Below, piece after piece: positions 8,873 to 17,556 of a stretch of DNA of 64,000 bases. Numbering within the stretch: the stretch's first letter is position 1; each line of letters opens with the position of its first letter. The notes under the pieces are model-generated. The model did not search any database. It saw only the letters and a list, made by a program, of their open reading frames with translations, and was not told where the DNA came from. The stretch lies in IMG/VR virus record IMGVR_UViG_3300045911_000567, positions 1-64,000 of that record; one strand, written 5' to 3'. The position numbers were made by a program, and so were the translations under genes. The DNA comes from a virus.

Positions 8873-9660
8873 TAGTAACCCTGTTCTACTCTTTCTCTTG
8901 TAAGAACTTCCATTTCTTTGAATTGTAGGTTCATATTAATTTGAACGGGCGCTCCGGTTTCATCGAAAAATACAGGTATTCCCGATCCTCCATATTCTAC
9001 TGTCATATCTGTTAATACTGATGTTGATATATTAAACATAGTATCAGCAGGCGTTCGTAGAACTATATCAAAGTTATCGGGATAATTCCACCATCTAGTT
9101 GGCTCTTGTTTGGGAACACTTGGATGCATAGCTTTTTTAAATTCATTTATAATTTTTTGAATTGTCACGCTCTCCTCTCGACTTCTGGCCATCATCTGAA
9201 AGTCAAATGAAAAGGTTCTAAACTGAACTCCCTTGAACATTAGTGCCATGTGCGGATTGACCGTGCGACCTTCTATTACTTGAAATTCTTGTCCGAAATT
9301 TGATCCGGCAACGTAATCAAGCGCGTCAAGAAGGTATTGCGGAGCTGACGTTTTCATTAGTGCACCAATATTCCTCTCGGCCATAGCAGAAAGAGCGTTG
9401 GATACATCATATCCGAAAGATTTATACTGTGCCAAAGTCATTTGAATGTCTTCCCACTGCGATCCATAATTAACTTTGATTGAGGGGGGCATGTATAAAG
9501 CAATCTTCGCTTTAGGCTCTTTGGCTCTAGCAACACCATCTTTGATAAAAAAAAGTATGTATGCTTCCGTACCAGGACTAAATAAGTCCTCTGGATATAT
9601 CAAATTGTTGTTTTTGGTTGGTTGTGCGACCAAATTTTTGAAAAATGTAAAGTAGCTCAT
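8872..9660 (-). CDS. gp48: Baseplate tail-tube cap
   Basis: LIYPEDL, IALYMP, NPHMALMFKGVQFRTFSFDF, PVQINMNLQFKE. Confidence 0.85.
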   Translation of the reverse strand: MSYFTFFKNLVAQPTKNNNLIYPEDLFSPGTEAYILFFIKDGVARAKEPKAKIALYMPPSIKVNYGSQWEDIQMTLAQYKSFGYDVSNALSAMAERNIGALMKTSAPQYLLDALDYVAGSNFGQEFQVIEGRTVNPHMALMFKGVQFRTFSFDFQMMARSREESVTIQKIINEFKKAMHPSVPKQEPTRWWNYPDNFDIVLRTPADTMFNISTSVLTDMTVEYGGSGIPVFFDETGAPVQINMNLQFKEMEVLTRERVEQGY

Positions 9661-10102
9661 GAAAAGTAGATATAAGCCGTTAAACTACAAAAAATACATA
9701 GGCAATCCAGCTAACATATACTATAGATCAAGCTGGGAGTTTGCCGTCATGAGATATTTAGATACATCCTCGACGGTTGAACTCTGGTCCTCTGAAGAAT
9801 TTACAGTAAAATACCTATGTCCTACCGATAACCGCCTACATACATATTATATTGATTTTTTCGTAAAATTTTCTAATGGCACATCATGGCTCATTGAGCT
9901 AAAACCTAAAAATCAGGTAGAAAAACCCAAAAAAACCAAACGGAAAAGAGAGAAAACATATTTGACTGAAGTAAAAACATATCTCAAAAATCAGGCTAAA
10001 TGGTCAGCGGCACATCACTATGCAGAAAAGCAGGGTTGGAAATTTGTCATTTGGACCGAAGATACTCTAAAAAAGTTAGGTATATTGGTGATAAATAGCT
10101 AA
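9659..10102 (+). CDS. gp4: Head completion nuclease
   Basis: YKP.NYKKYIGNP..YRSSWE..WSSEE..YYIDF..IELKP..NQAKW.AA (TnsA-like). Confidence 0.92.
   Translation: MKSRYKPLNYKKYIGNPANIYYRSSWEFAVMRYLDTSSTVELWSSEEFTVKYLCPTDNRLHTYYIDFFVKFSNGTSWLIELKPKNQVEKPKKTKRKREKTYLTEVKTYLKNQAKWSAAHHYAEKQGWKFVIWTEDTLKKLGILVINS
10091..10097 (+). promoter_or_regulatory. T4-type late promoter core ATAAATA
   Basis: Just upstream of the gp2-54-26 genes; resembles T4 TATAAATA. Confidence 0.6.
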
Positions 10103-10704
10103 TGAAAAATCTTCAACTATTTCATAGACTGGTAGAAAAATCTATCAAGGAAAAAACCATCGATAAGCGAACAGAAGACAGCTTAAATTGGTATCGCAAG
10201 AAAGTTAGTGCTTTCTGGGGCGATAAGAATTATGTCAATCCGGCTTCGGTTTTTGGAAGAAAAGCAAAAGATAAATTTTCTGGAATTATGCCCGGAATGT
10301 TTTATGCGTTCAAATATGATCCTGTTGGTAAAACAACATTACCATATTATGATAAGTTTCCTCTAATTTTATGTTTAAAAAAAGTTGAGAGAGGTTTTTT
10401 AGGATTAAATTTTCATTATTTGAGTCCGAAGGATCGAGCATATTTTATGGATAAGTTATATAGATATCGACATTTTGACGAAGATCTCGGAGAGGTAATA
10501 AATATATCATATGAAGAACTCAAAAAAAAATTTTCTCTTCGGCACTACAAAGCGTGTATTAAACGATATAGATTCGGTCACATAAAAAATATGTTTATGC
10601 AAATTCATGGATATGAGTGGAAAGTCGCTCTATTTTTGCCTAGTGATGTTTTTAATGCTCCCAGATCTGTTGTCTGGAAAGATTCTAAAGAAATAAGTAA
10701 ATGA
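10102..10704 (+). CDS. gp2: DNA end-protector protein
   Basis: FKYDP..K.TLPYYDKFPL..GFLGLNFHYL..R; CIKRY. Confidence 0.9.
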   Translation: MKNLQLFHRLVEKSIKEKTIDKRTEDSLNWYRKKVSAFWGDKNYVNPASVFGRKAKDKFSGIMPGMFYAFKYDPVGKTTLPYYDKFPLILCLKKVERGFLGLNFHYLSPKDRAYFMDKLYRYRHFDEDLGEVINISYEELKKKFSLRHYKACIKRYRFGHIKNMFMQIHGYEWKVALFLPSDVFNAPRSVVWKDSKEISK

Positions 10705-11504
10705 CACTACCAATAAGCGTATTAAAAACCACTCTAAATGCTCTTGGCGGTCCGGCCCAGCCCTGTCATTATCAGGTTATAATTACTCCTCCATTGGGAA
10801 TGTTAGCGGGACTTTCTGGCATTTCTAGTTCTGGAGGTTTTCTCGGTTCTGTTGCTGGCGGTATTCTAGGTCTTGCTGGTGCTGCAAATGTTAGCATCAT
10901 GGCAACAGAAGTATCTTTGCCTGGCAGATCTCTAGCAACTCAGCCGTTTAGTATGTATGGAACAACTCGAAAAATGCCTTATGCTGCTATATATGATGAT
11001 TTAATGATCACCTTTTTATGTTCTAATAGTATGGTGGAGCGAGCGTTTTTTGATGTTTGGTTTTCGTATATTATGAACCCCAGACGACAATATATGCACT
11101 ACTACAAGGATTATGTTTCCACGATTGCAGTAATAAAATTGGCACCAGATCCGATATATTCTGGGGTATCGGCATCCTTGGCTAACTACGCATTTCTCGA
11201 AGCATATCCACTCAGCATCGAAACTCAAAATTTAAGTTATGATTCCGACGGATTGTTGACTGTTACTGTTAATTTCGCGTATCGTAGATGGACTACCGCA
11301 ATCGAAACGGCAGTGGGATTTTTTTCTGCTTCTCCTGCTGCCACTGATGCAACTCAAGCCTTTGAACAAGGATTCAAAGATACAGTTAATAACGATAAGA
11401 GTGTTGTGACTGATCTAAGAAAGAGTTATGATCAAATAAAATCATCACTGGGAAATTCTATTGGACAATTGGGAGATTTGATCACAAAATTCAATCCGTT
11501 TTAG
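10701..11504 (+). CDS. gp54: Tail tube initiator / tube-like protein (gp54/gp19 family)
   Basis: VSLPGRSL..YG..RKMPY..YDD..ITF; AYP..I..LSY..VNFAYRRW. Confidence 0.7.
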   Translation: MTLPISVLKTTLNALGGPAQPCHYQVIITPPLGMLAGLSGISSSGGFLGSVAGGILGLAGAANVSIMATEVSLPGRSLATQPFSMYGTTRKMPYAAIYDDLMITFLCSNSMVERAFFDVWFSYIMNPRRQYMHYYKDYVSTIAVIKLAPDPIYSGVSASLANYAFLEAYPLSIETQNLSYDSDGLLTVTVNFAYRRWTTAIETAVGFFSASPAATDATQAFEQGFKDTVNNDKSVVTDLRKSYDQIKSSLGNSIGQLGDLITKFNPF

Positions 11505-11531
11505 CACTATATATTGATGAGGTTATAGATT

Positions 11532-12263
11532 ATGGCATTACCGAAAATATCCACACCAACATTTGAGGCTGAGATTCCCTCTCTAAAAAGAAGGATAACC
11601 ATGCGTCCGTTTTTAGTTAAAGAGGAAAAAATACTATTATTAGCTGTAAAGTCTGATGATGTCGAAGAATACGTAAGGGCAACGAAACAAATTATCAGAA
11701 ATTGTATAATAGATGAAGATGTTGATGTTGAGAAATTTCAAATCTATGACATAGAATATCTTCTTCTTCAGCTTAGAATAAACTCTGTCGGAGAATTTCT
11801 CACATTAAAATTTCATCCACGAAAAAATACAGATTGTGTAGAGTGCTCCAAAGAAAGAGAGGTTAAGATCTCTCTAAAAGATGCCAAGGTCGAAGCGGAA
11901 GAAAATCACAGCAATAAAATTCAATTATCCGATAACCTCGGCATTATAATGAGGGCGCCAAGCATAAAGATATTAACTCAGATTGAAAAAGCAAGAATAG
12001 AAAATAATATAGATATACTATTTTCAGTTATCTGGAGTTGCATAGAGTCTTTTTATACATCCGATGAATTATATTCGACTGCGGACGAAAATGTAGAAAA
12101 AGGAATTGAATTTCTCGAAAGTCTATTGCCAGATCAGTTTGCAAAGATCGAAAATTTCTTCAAGACCATGCCTACTGTTAGGCAACATGTTTTGGTGAAG
12201 TGTTCGACATGTGATTTTCAGTTTACACATACACTATCAGGAATATCCGATTTTTTCGACTAG
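11532..12263 (+). CDS. gp26: Baseplate hub assembly protein
   Basis: MALPKI.TPTFE..RPFLVKEEKILL..DIEYLLLQLRINSVGE..FF.TMP; CxxC pairs; ends ISDFFD*. Confidence 0.92.
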   Translation: MALPKISTPTFEAEIPSLKRRITMRPFLVKEEKILLLAVKSDDVEEYVRATKQIIRNCIIDEDVDVEKFQIYDIEYLLLQLRINSVGEFLTLKFHPRKNTDCVECSKEREVKISLKDAKVEAEENHSNKIQLSDNLGIIMRAPSIKILTQIEKARIENNIDILFSVIWSCIESFYTSDELYSTADENVEKGIEFLESLLPDQFAKIENFFKTMPTVRQHVLVKCSTCDFQFTHTLSGISDFFD

Positions 12264-12322
12264 TGCTGAGTCACAACACGATTGAAAGTTATTACATAAA
12301 TCAATTCGTACTGGCTCAGCAC
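12239..12322 (+). promoter_or_regulatory. Putative -1 programmed ribosomal frameshift signal (gp26 to gp51)
   Basis: AGGA at 12239-42; in-frame T_TTT_TTC at 12251-57; 5-nt spacer; stem GTGCTGAGTCA (12263-73) / TGGCTCAGCAC (12312-22) with inner stem ACGATTGA/TCAATTCGT. Confidence 0.7.
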
Positions 12323-12439
12323 CACAAATATAGCATAGCAGATATAGAAAATTTGATTCCATTTGAATTGGATTACTACATAACAATGCTACAGAATTAC
12401 CTAAAAGAACTCGAAGAACAATCCAAACAAAAGAGATAA
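12263..12439 (+). CDS. gp51: Baseplate hub assembly catalyst (58 aa from GTG; -1 frame relative to gp26)
   Basis: Read manually: VLSHNTIESYYINQFVLAQHHKYSIADIENLIPFELDYYITMLQNYLKE...; matches the L.QHHKYS..IE.L.P.E..Y..L family pattern. Not in the ORF track. Confidence 0.85.
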   Translation: MLSHNTIESYYINQFVLAQHHKYSIADIENLIPFELDYYITMLQNYLKELEEQSKQKR

Positions 12440-12447
12440 ATAAGCGG

Positions 12448-12735
12448 ATGACTTCGAAAAATTTAGAAAAAGCAAAAGAGCAATCAAAAATAGAAGCTAT
12501 TCTTGGCTCCAATCGCTGGCGGCATCGCAGACGCATGGCATACACATCACTGATTGCTATGTTGGTTGTAACATATTGGTGCATGTTTGAAGTATCAGAA
12601 GAGAGACTGAAATTACTCGATCAAATTATAACTTGGTTCTATACTATCATGGGAGCCATAGTCACCGGATATCTCGGTTTCGCAACTATTGACGATAAAT
12701 GGAAAGAATCTAAAAAAGATGGCCCGAGACAGTAA
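12448..12735 (+). CDS. Two-TM membrane protein, possible holin
   Basis: RWRHRRRMAY followed by two TM helices and a charged tail; ATAAATA at 12436-42. Confidence 0.55.
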   Translation: MTSKNLEKAKEQSKIEAILGSNRWRHRRRMAYTSLIAMLVVTYWCMFEVSEERLKLLDQIITWFYTIMGAIVTGYLGFATIDDKWKESKKDGPRQ

Positions 12736-15217
12736 TTTAGAAAAAATTCTAGCTCAAGAAATGAGAAAAAATCTCGATGAACGAGAGGCTATCTATTATG
12801 GACTTGACAGTGAACTTAACCAAGGAAGCTCGGAAATAGGCAACCAGATAAATTCTATTCTAAAAGATGTGGTAAGGGGTGCCGATAAAACCACTCTTGA
12901 AGCTCTCAGGCTCAGAAAACAACGATTAGAGCAAGCAAGAAAAGTTTTAGATTCCGCAAATCTTCAAGAAGAAGAAATGCTAAAATTAAATGAGAATATT
13001 GCTAGGGTACAAGAAGCAATCACCCGAGACATACAACAACGAACCTCAATTTTCACAAAAGCTCGCGCTGCAATAACAAAATCTGCGTTTGGTTTCGGTG
13101 CATTACTGGTCGCAGTCAGCAAAGGAGATCCATTGGTAGCGTTCGGAGCTAGTCTTTTGGGAAATTATGTTAAATCCAGAAAAGAAAAAAAACTACAACA
13201 AGAATCGGAGAGAAGAGAAACACTAAGATCTGATTTAGAGGGATTTTCTGGAGCTGCCGCCAAAGATTTAATGTCAGAGTCAAAGCCATTATTAATTGAA
13301 CCATCTTCATACGGAGAAGATTTATTTGAACGGCCCCTAAGAAACAGATCAGAAGAAAGCGATAATAGCATTATTGAAATATTGGCTTTGCTGCTAACAA
13401 CAAATCAAAAAATGCTTACAGTGCAAGAAGATATTCTTGCGGCAAATGAATTGATGTTAGAAATGCAAAACCTCGATATTCAAAGAAAGCGACGAGGAGA
13501 TATAGAATCGGAACTAGAATCTAGGTATAGTAGCAGCGGCAAAATATTTGCGTTACCTACAGCAGAGACATCAAAAAAGGGCGGAATCCTAAAAAACATT
13601 GGCGGAGTAGTCCAAGCGATTGGGGGGGCGGTGGGAGGTATTGGTACCGGAATATTAGGCGGTCTTTTAGGAGTGCTCGGTTTAAAGGGTTTGGTATCTG
13701 GTGGTGCGGGATTAGCAAAAGTGCTGAAACTAAGCAATTTAGGAAAATTCGGAGGATTAGTTGCAAGAGGAGCAAGTGCCCCTGTTGCTCTTGCGACGCT
13801 CATATTGGGTGCTAGTTATGATATTTTTTCTTCTTTATTTTCAAAAGGAGATCTGAGCAAAAGCAAAATTTTTCAATTTATCAACGGAGCCGAAGATTTT
13901 CTCATAGGAAAGATGGGCGGCATATCTGAATCTGCCAAAGAAGAGGCTCAGAGAGCAAGAGGATTGTTGGGTTTTCCGTTTGTTGGTGTTTTGGTGGGCG
14001 GAGTAATCGGCGGCATCAAGGACATGTTAGTACACCTATGGACTGGCACCCAAGAAAAACTTAGCAACAGTCAATATGTACAGGATAGCGTTGGATTTAT
14101 ATTCGAAGATGTGGCGGGATTTTTTAAAGGTCTAATTGAAGGATTTTTTAATGGGGTAAAATCTCTCGCAGAGGGAGTTTTCGGATACATTCCCGGATTC
14201 AAAGAAAAAGTAGATTCTATAACTGTCCGACTAAAGGATGCCATTCTTCCCGATGCACTAAAGCCGTCAGATACTTTAACTGCGGATGAAATATATCGAG
14301 ATAGATTAATAAAAGAGATGGATAAAGCCGATAGTAATAAAGGAGAATATGCATCACTGAGTCAAGATGAAAAAGATGCATTGTTGCGACAAAAAAATCA
14401 AGAATTTCTTGCTCAAAAAGAAAAGATAAAAAATCGAATTAAGAAACTCAATTATAATACGAAAGAAAATCGTTCACAGCCGAGTTTAAGCAAACAAGAC
14501 AACGAAACTATATTGTTGAATGAGATTGCTGCCGCAGGAATTACAGATCCAGTAGAAATAGCAGCGCTTATGGCACAAGCAGCACACGAATCTGGTAACT
14601 TTAAGTACATGAAGGAAATTCCATCGGCAAAAAGCGGTCTTAATTTTGAAAATTATGATTTTAAAGGCAAGGGAAGTTTGGGTAATATGGGAGCGGGCGA
14701 TGGAGCAAAGTATCGCGGCAGAGGACATTTACAAATAACCGGCAGAGACAACTACACACGAATTGGAAAAATGATTGGCATTGATTTAGAAAACCACCCT
14801 GAACTATTAGAAGACCCCGTAATAGCAGCGAAAGCGTCTGTCGCATACTGGAAAATGCGAGTATCGCCTAATGTTAGCGATTTTTCCGATGTTGGTAGAG
14901 TCACTAAATTAATTCAAGGAACGAGCACCGATGCAATAGAGCGAAGAACTCGCAAATTTCGTGAATATTCAGCTAAACTAGGAGCCGATTCGCCTCTACA
15001 ACTCGCTGCAAATTATATGCCGGCGCTCAAAAGAAGTATTGATTTGAAAAATATGAGTTCCGGAAATAAATCATCGAATCAATCCGGACCAGTTACGGTG
15101 ATAGATAACAAAAAAATTGTTAATCAAAACATAAATCAAGCATCCGGCGGAGTTAATGCTCAAACTCCGCCGGTTGTCAGTTCTTTGTCGCCATCTGCTA
15201 TCGGTGCGATAAGCTAG
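12719..15217 (+). CDS. Tape-measure-like tail protein with GH19 (chitinase-class) lytic domain
   Basis: Coiled-coil and Gly/Ala-rich hydrophobic segments; AQAAHESGNF..GN...GDG.KYRGRG.LQITGRDNY..PELL..A.YW; follows gp26/51. Confidence 0.85.
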   Translation: MARDSNLEKILAQEMRKNLDEREAIYYGLDSELNQGSSEIGNQINSILKDVVRGADKTTLEALRLRKQRLEQARKVLDSANLQEEEMLKLNENIARVQEAITRDIQQRTSIFTKARAAITKSAFGFGALLVAVSKGDPLVAFGASLLGNYVKSRKEKKLQQESERRETLRSDLEGFSGAAAKDLMSESKPLLIEPSSYGEDLFERPLRNRSEESDNSIIEILALLLTTNQKMLTVQEDILAANELMLEMQNLDIQRKRRGDIESELESRYSSSGKIFALPTAETSKKGGILKNIGGVVQAIGGAVGGIGTGILGGLLGVLGLKGLVSGGAGLAKVLKLSNLGKFGGLVARGASAPVALATLILGASYDIFSSLFSKGDLSKSKIFQFINGAEDFLIGKMGGISESAKEEAQRARGLLGFPFVGVLVGGVIGGIKDMLVHLWTGTQEKLSNSQYVQDSVGFIFEDVAGFFKGLIEGFFNGVKSLAEGVFGYIPGFKEKVDSITVRLKDAILPDALKPSDTLTADEIYRDRLIKEMDKADSNKGEYASLSQDEKDALLRQKNQEFLAQKEKIKNRIKKLNYNTKENRSQPSLSKQDNETILLNEIAAAGITDPVEIAALMAQAAHESGNFKYMKEIPSAKSGLNFENYDFKGKGSLGNMGAGDGAKYRGRGHLQITGRDNYTRIGKMIGIDLENHPELLEDPVIAAKASVAYWKMRVSPNVSDFSDVGRVTKLIQGTSTDAIERRTRKFREYSAKLGADSPLQLAANYMPALKRSIDLKNMSSGNKSSNQSGPVTVIDNKKIVNQNINQASGGVNAQTPPVVSSLSPSAIGAIS

Positions 15218-16131
15218 GATTTGGCAAGTTTCTTCAGATAAGAAAGATCATCATCCTCGTCTAAATCGGTATCAGGGAATGATTCCATATCTTCTTCGTC
15301 TTCTATCGATGAGGCAACTTGTCTGACATTAGAAGAAGCTATAGGCGGAACAGAAGAACCAACCGGCATGCCGCCCGACAATCCTAGAACTTTATCTAAT
15401 CTTGCTTTCAGTTCATCGTAGCTTTTAAATGTCTCAGGAGCAACCAATTCTTTCAGTGAATACTCAGTTTTCCATAGAGCATCAATCTGATCGTCATCGC
15501 CTCCAAACAGTGCAGATGGCTTTGAAAAAGACGAATCTGCATAAGAAATATACCCGTCAACTTTCGATGCTTTCAGTTTGAAATTTGCACCAGTCCACGG
15601 GCAGAAAGGATTAATCGGTTCAATTTCATCAATGCCGTCCGATTGAGGATACATAACTTGCTCAAGTTTATCAAAGATTTTCTTGCCAAACTTGAAAAGA
15701 AATACTTTTCCTTCGTTTTCAGGAGCGGCAGGATCTTTCACTACGAGAATATTAGCAATATAGCTTAACTTGCGTTTCTGTTTTCGCGCCACTTCTTTAT
15801 CAGCATCAGAACCTTTCCACAATCGTGCGTTTAACTCAGAAACAGGATCAGGAAGAGAAAGTGTGGTAAGAGATCGTTCGATATAATATCCACCCGGACC
15901 TTTGAAATGATGCTCGAATAGTCTAACGAATGGAAGGTTTTCCCCTTCGGGCGCAGGAAGGAATCGAATCACTGCTGCACCAACATCAGTCTTATCTCTT
16001 TTTAAAGACCAGAATCTATCATCTTGAAATTTATTATCTTCTCCGGATTTGCCCTTGATTTTTTCGAGTTGCTCTTGCAGCGCACTGATGCCTGCCAAAC
16101 CTTTTTGTTGCTTCAATTTACTTAATGACAT
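15214..16131 (-). CDS. gp32: Single-stranded DNA-binding protein
   Basis: DDRFW..GAAVIRFLPAP..HHFKGPGG.YIE..ANILVVKDP..EGKVFLFKFGKKIFDK; acidic tail. Confidence 0.97.
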   Translation of the reverse strand: MSLSKLKQQKGLAGISALQEQLEKIKGKSGEDNKFQDDRFWSLKRDKTDVGAAVIRFLPAPEGENLPFVRLFEHHFKGPGGYYIERSLTTLSLPDPVSELNARLWKGSDADKEVARKQKRKLSYIANILVVKDPAAPENEGKVFLFKFGKKIFDKLEQVMYPQSDGIDEIEPINPFCPWTGANFKLKASKVDGYISYADSSFSKPSALFGGDDDQIDALWKTEYSLKELVAPETFKSYDELKARLDKVLGLSGGMPVGSSVPPIASSNVRQVASSIEDEEDMESFPDTDLDEDDDLSYLKKLAKS

Positions 16132-16145
16132 ATGTATTCTCCATT

Positions 16146-16802
16146 CTATTGTTGTATAATATCACGTTCAGTTTCGCTTTGCAAAAAAATTTTTTTCATC
16201 ACCTCTTTCATTCTCTCAATTTCGTCGGATGAAAGATTTAAAAATGGCGTCAGTTTTAAACATTTATGTTTATATGATTTCCATAATTTACCGTTAGTTC
16301 CAGACAAGTTTTTGTCAAACTTAGGGAAAAAATTCAATATTTCATTCATGATGATAAAACTTTCAATTTTGATATTTCCGTGTTTTACCATCCAGAAAAT
16401 GGGAGGAATGTCATCATAGAAACTAAAGAGTGAATCAAATGTATCATACACTGTATGAGTATCCAAAAAATTCTTGATATACTGCATGTCTTGCTTGAAA
16501 CGATATAGTCTGGCTTGATTGTATTTGCGCCATAGTATCATATTATTGTGAGCATGTTCTTCTCTCAGTTCTGATATATAACAAGCTGGATGATACATGA
16601 AATTAGAAACAAATAAATCTAATATATCTTTTTTGCTATATTTTCTGGCAATTGCCTCGAAGTATCCTTTGTCATGTCGTTTTTCGTATGTTGATAGTTT
16701 AACGGGACGTAGACCGTTAGCAGTTTTGAAATGATCGTAGTGCTCCTTATTGAAATGGAGCTTTATTGAAAGATACATTCTATAGACATCATACCCTGTC
16801 AT
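16146..16802 (-). CDS. gp59: Helicase loader
   Basis: YRMYLSIKLHF..YD.F..KRHDKGYF; synteny 33-59-32. Confidence 0.9.
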   Translation of the reverse strand: MTGYDVYRMYLSIKLHFNKEHYDHFKTANGLRPVKLSTYEKRHDKGYFEAIARKYSKKDILDLFVSNFMYHPACYISELREEHAHNNMILWRKYNQARLYRFKQDMQYIKNFLDTHTVYDTFDSLFSFYDDIPPIFWMVKHGNIKIESFIIMNEILNFFPKFDKNLSGTNGKLWKSYKHKCLKLTPFLNLSSDEIERMKEVMKKIFLQSETERDIIQQ

Positions 16803-17035
16803 TTTAGTGGCAGTTTCGCGTGTTTTTTCCCTCGATTGATCAAATTTAATTCTGTTGCCTCAACTTCCAGTTTATGTTTTATTGGTTTCGATAGAAGTCT
16901 GCCTATCGTATCAACTTCTATTTTCGCTTCAGCGCAATAGTGCATTATGGCATCTAGATATGAAATATTTAATTTACTGACCAGTCTTTCTATTTCATCC
17001 GAAAAACTTTGTTGTGTGTGTAATTTTAGGGACAT
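16799..17035 (-). CDS. gp33: Late transcription coactivator
   Basis: FSDEIE.LV..SYLDAI.HYC..IE..LLSKPIK.KLE.EA..LN..LP. Confidence 0.9.
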   Translation of the reverse strand: MSLKLHTQQSFSDEIERLVSKLNISYLDAIMHYCAEAKIEVDTIGRLLSKPIKHKLEVEATELNLINRGKKHAKLPLK

Positions 17036-17036
17036 C

Positions 17037-17273
17037 TTACGCTATTAGTGATTGCTCTTTCAACAATTTCAATAAATCTTCATCGCTCATATATCCTCCA
17101 AGATCGAATTCGTGCTTTTCGGTTTGAAAGATTGTCTGATCGTCTTTAATAAAATTTAGTTTACCATATCTATACGATAAAACAATTTTTTCTTCATTTG
17201 ATGTAAGAGCTGTCCATTCGCTCGGGAAGCCGATATTTGTCCTAGATATTGTTTCTAATTTAACTTTAATCAT
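17037..17273 (-). CDS. Hypothetical protein (paralog of 17266-17556)
   Basis: FPSEW..I..SYRYGKL..YMSDEDLL..LKE. Confidence 0.65.
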   Translation of the reverse strand: MIKVKLETISRTNIGFPSEWTALTSNEEKIVLSYRYGKLNFIKDDQTIFQTEKHEFDLGGYMSDEDLLKLLKEQSLIA

Positions 17274-17556
17274 GATAGAAATCGTCCTCAAGTAAATCTT
17301 CTTCTTTGAGTACAGCAACTAGATCTTCATGTGTCATAAAATTTGAAAAAGTATCTTGACTGATTCTGCCTGCAAAAATTATATGACCGTCATCTGGATT
17401 TTCTAGTCTGTTGTTTATTTCGTTAGAAAGATATATGATTAGGCTTCCGTGTTGATATATGATTCGTATAAAATGTCCAGTATGCACTTGGCCGAGCCAA
17501 ATACTAGGATTAGAGAAATTAATTCTCATCAATTTCTCAGGATTAATTCTAATCAT
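17266..17556 (-). CDS. Hypothetical protein (paralog of 17037-17273)
   Basis: NPSIW..I..IYQHGSL..FMTHEDLV..LKE. Confidence 0.65.
   Translation of the reverse strand: MIRINPEKLMRINFSNPSIWLGQVHTGHFIRIIYQHGSLIIYLSNEINNRLENPDDGHIIFAGRISQDTFSNFMTHEDLVAVLKEEDLLEDDFYHD

Noticed and set aside
13165-14846. Minus-strand ORFs within the tape-measure gene, and similar short antisense ORFs across the window
   Set aside because: They are fully nested opposite well-supported genes and have no recognisable motifs or expression signals.
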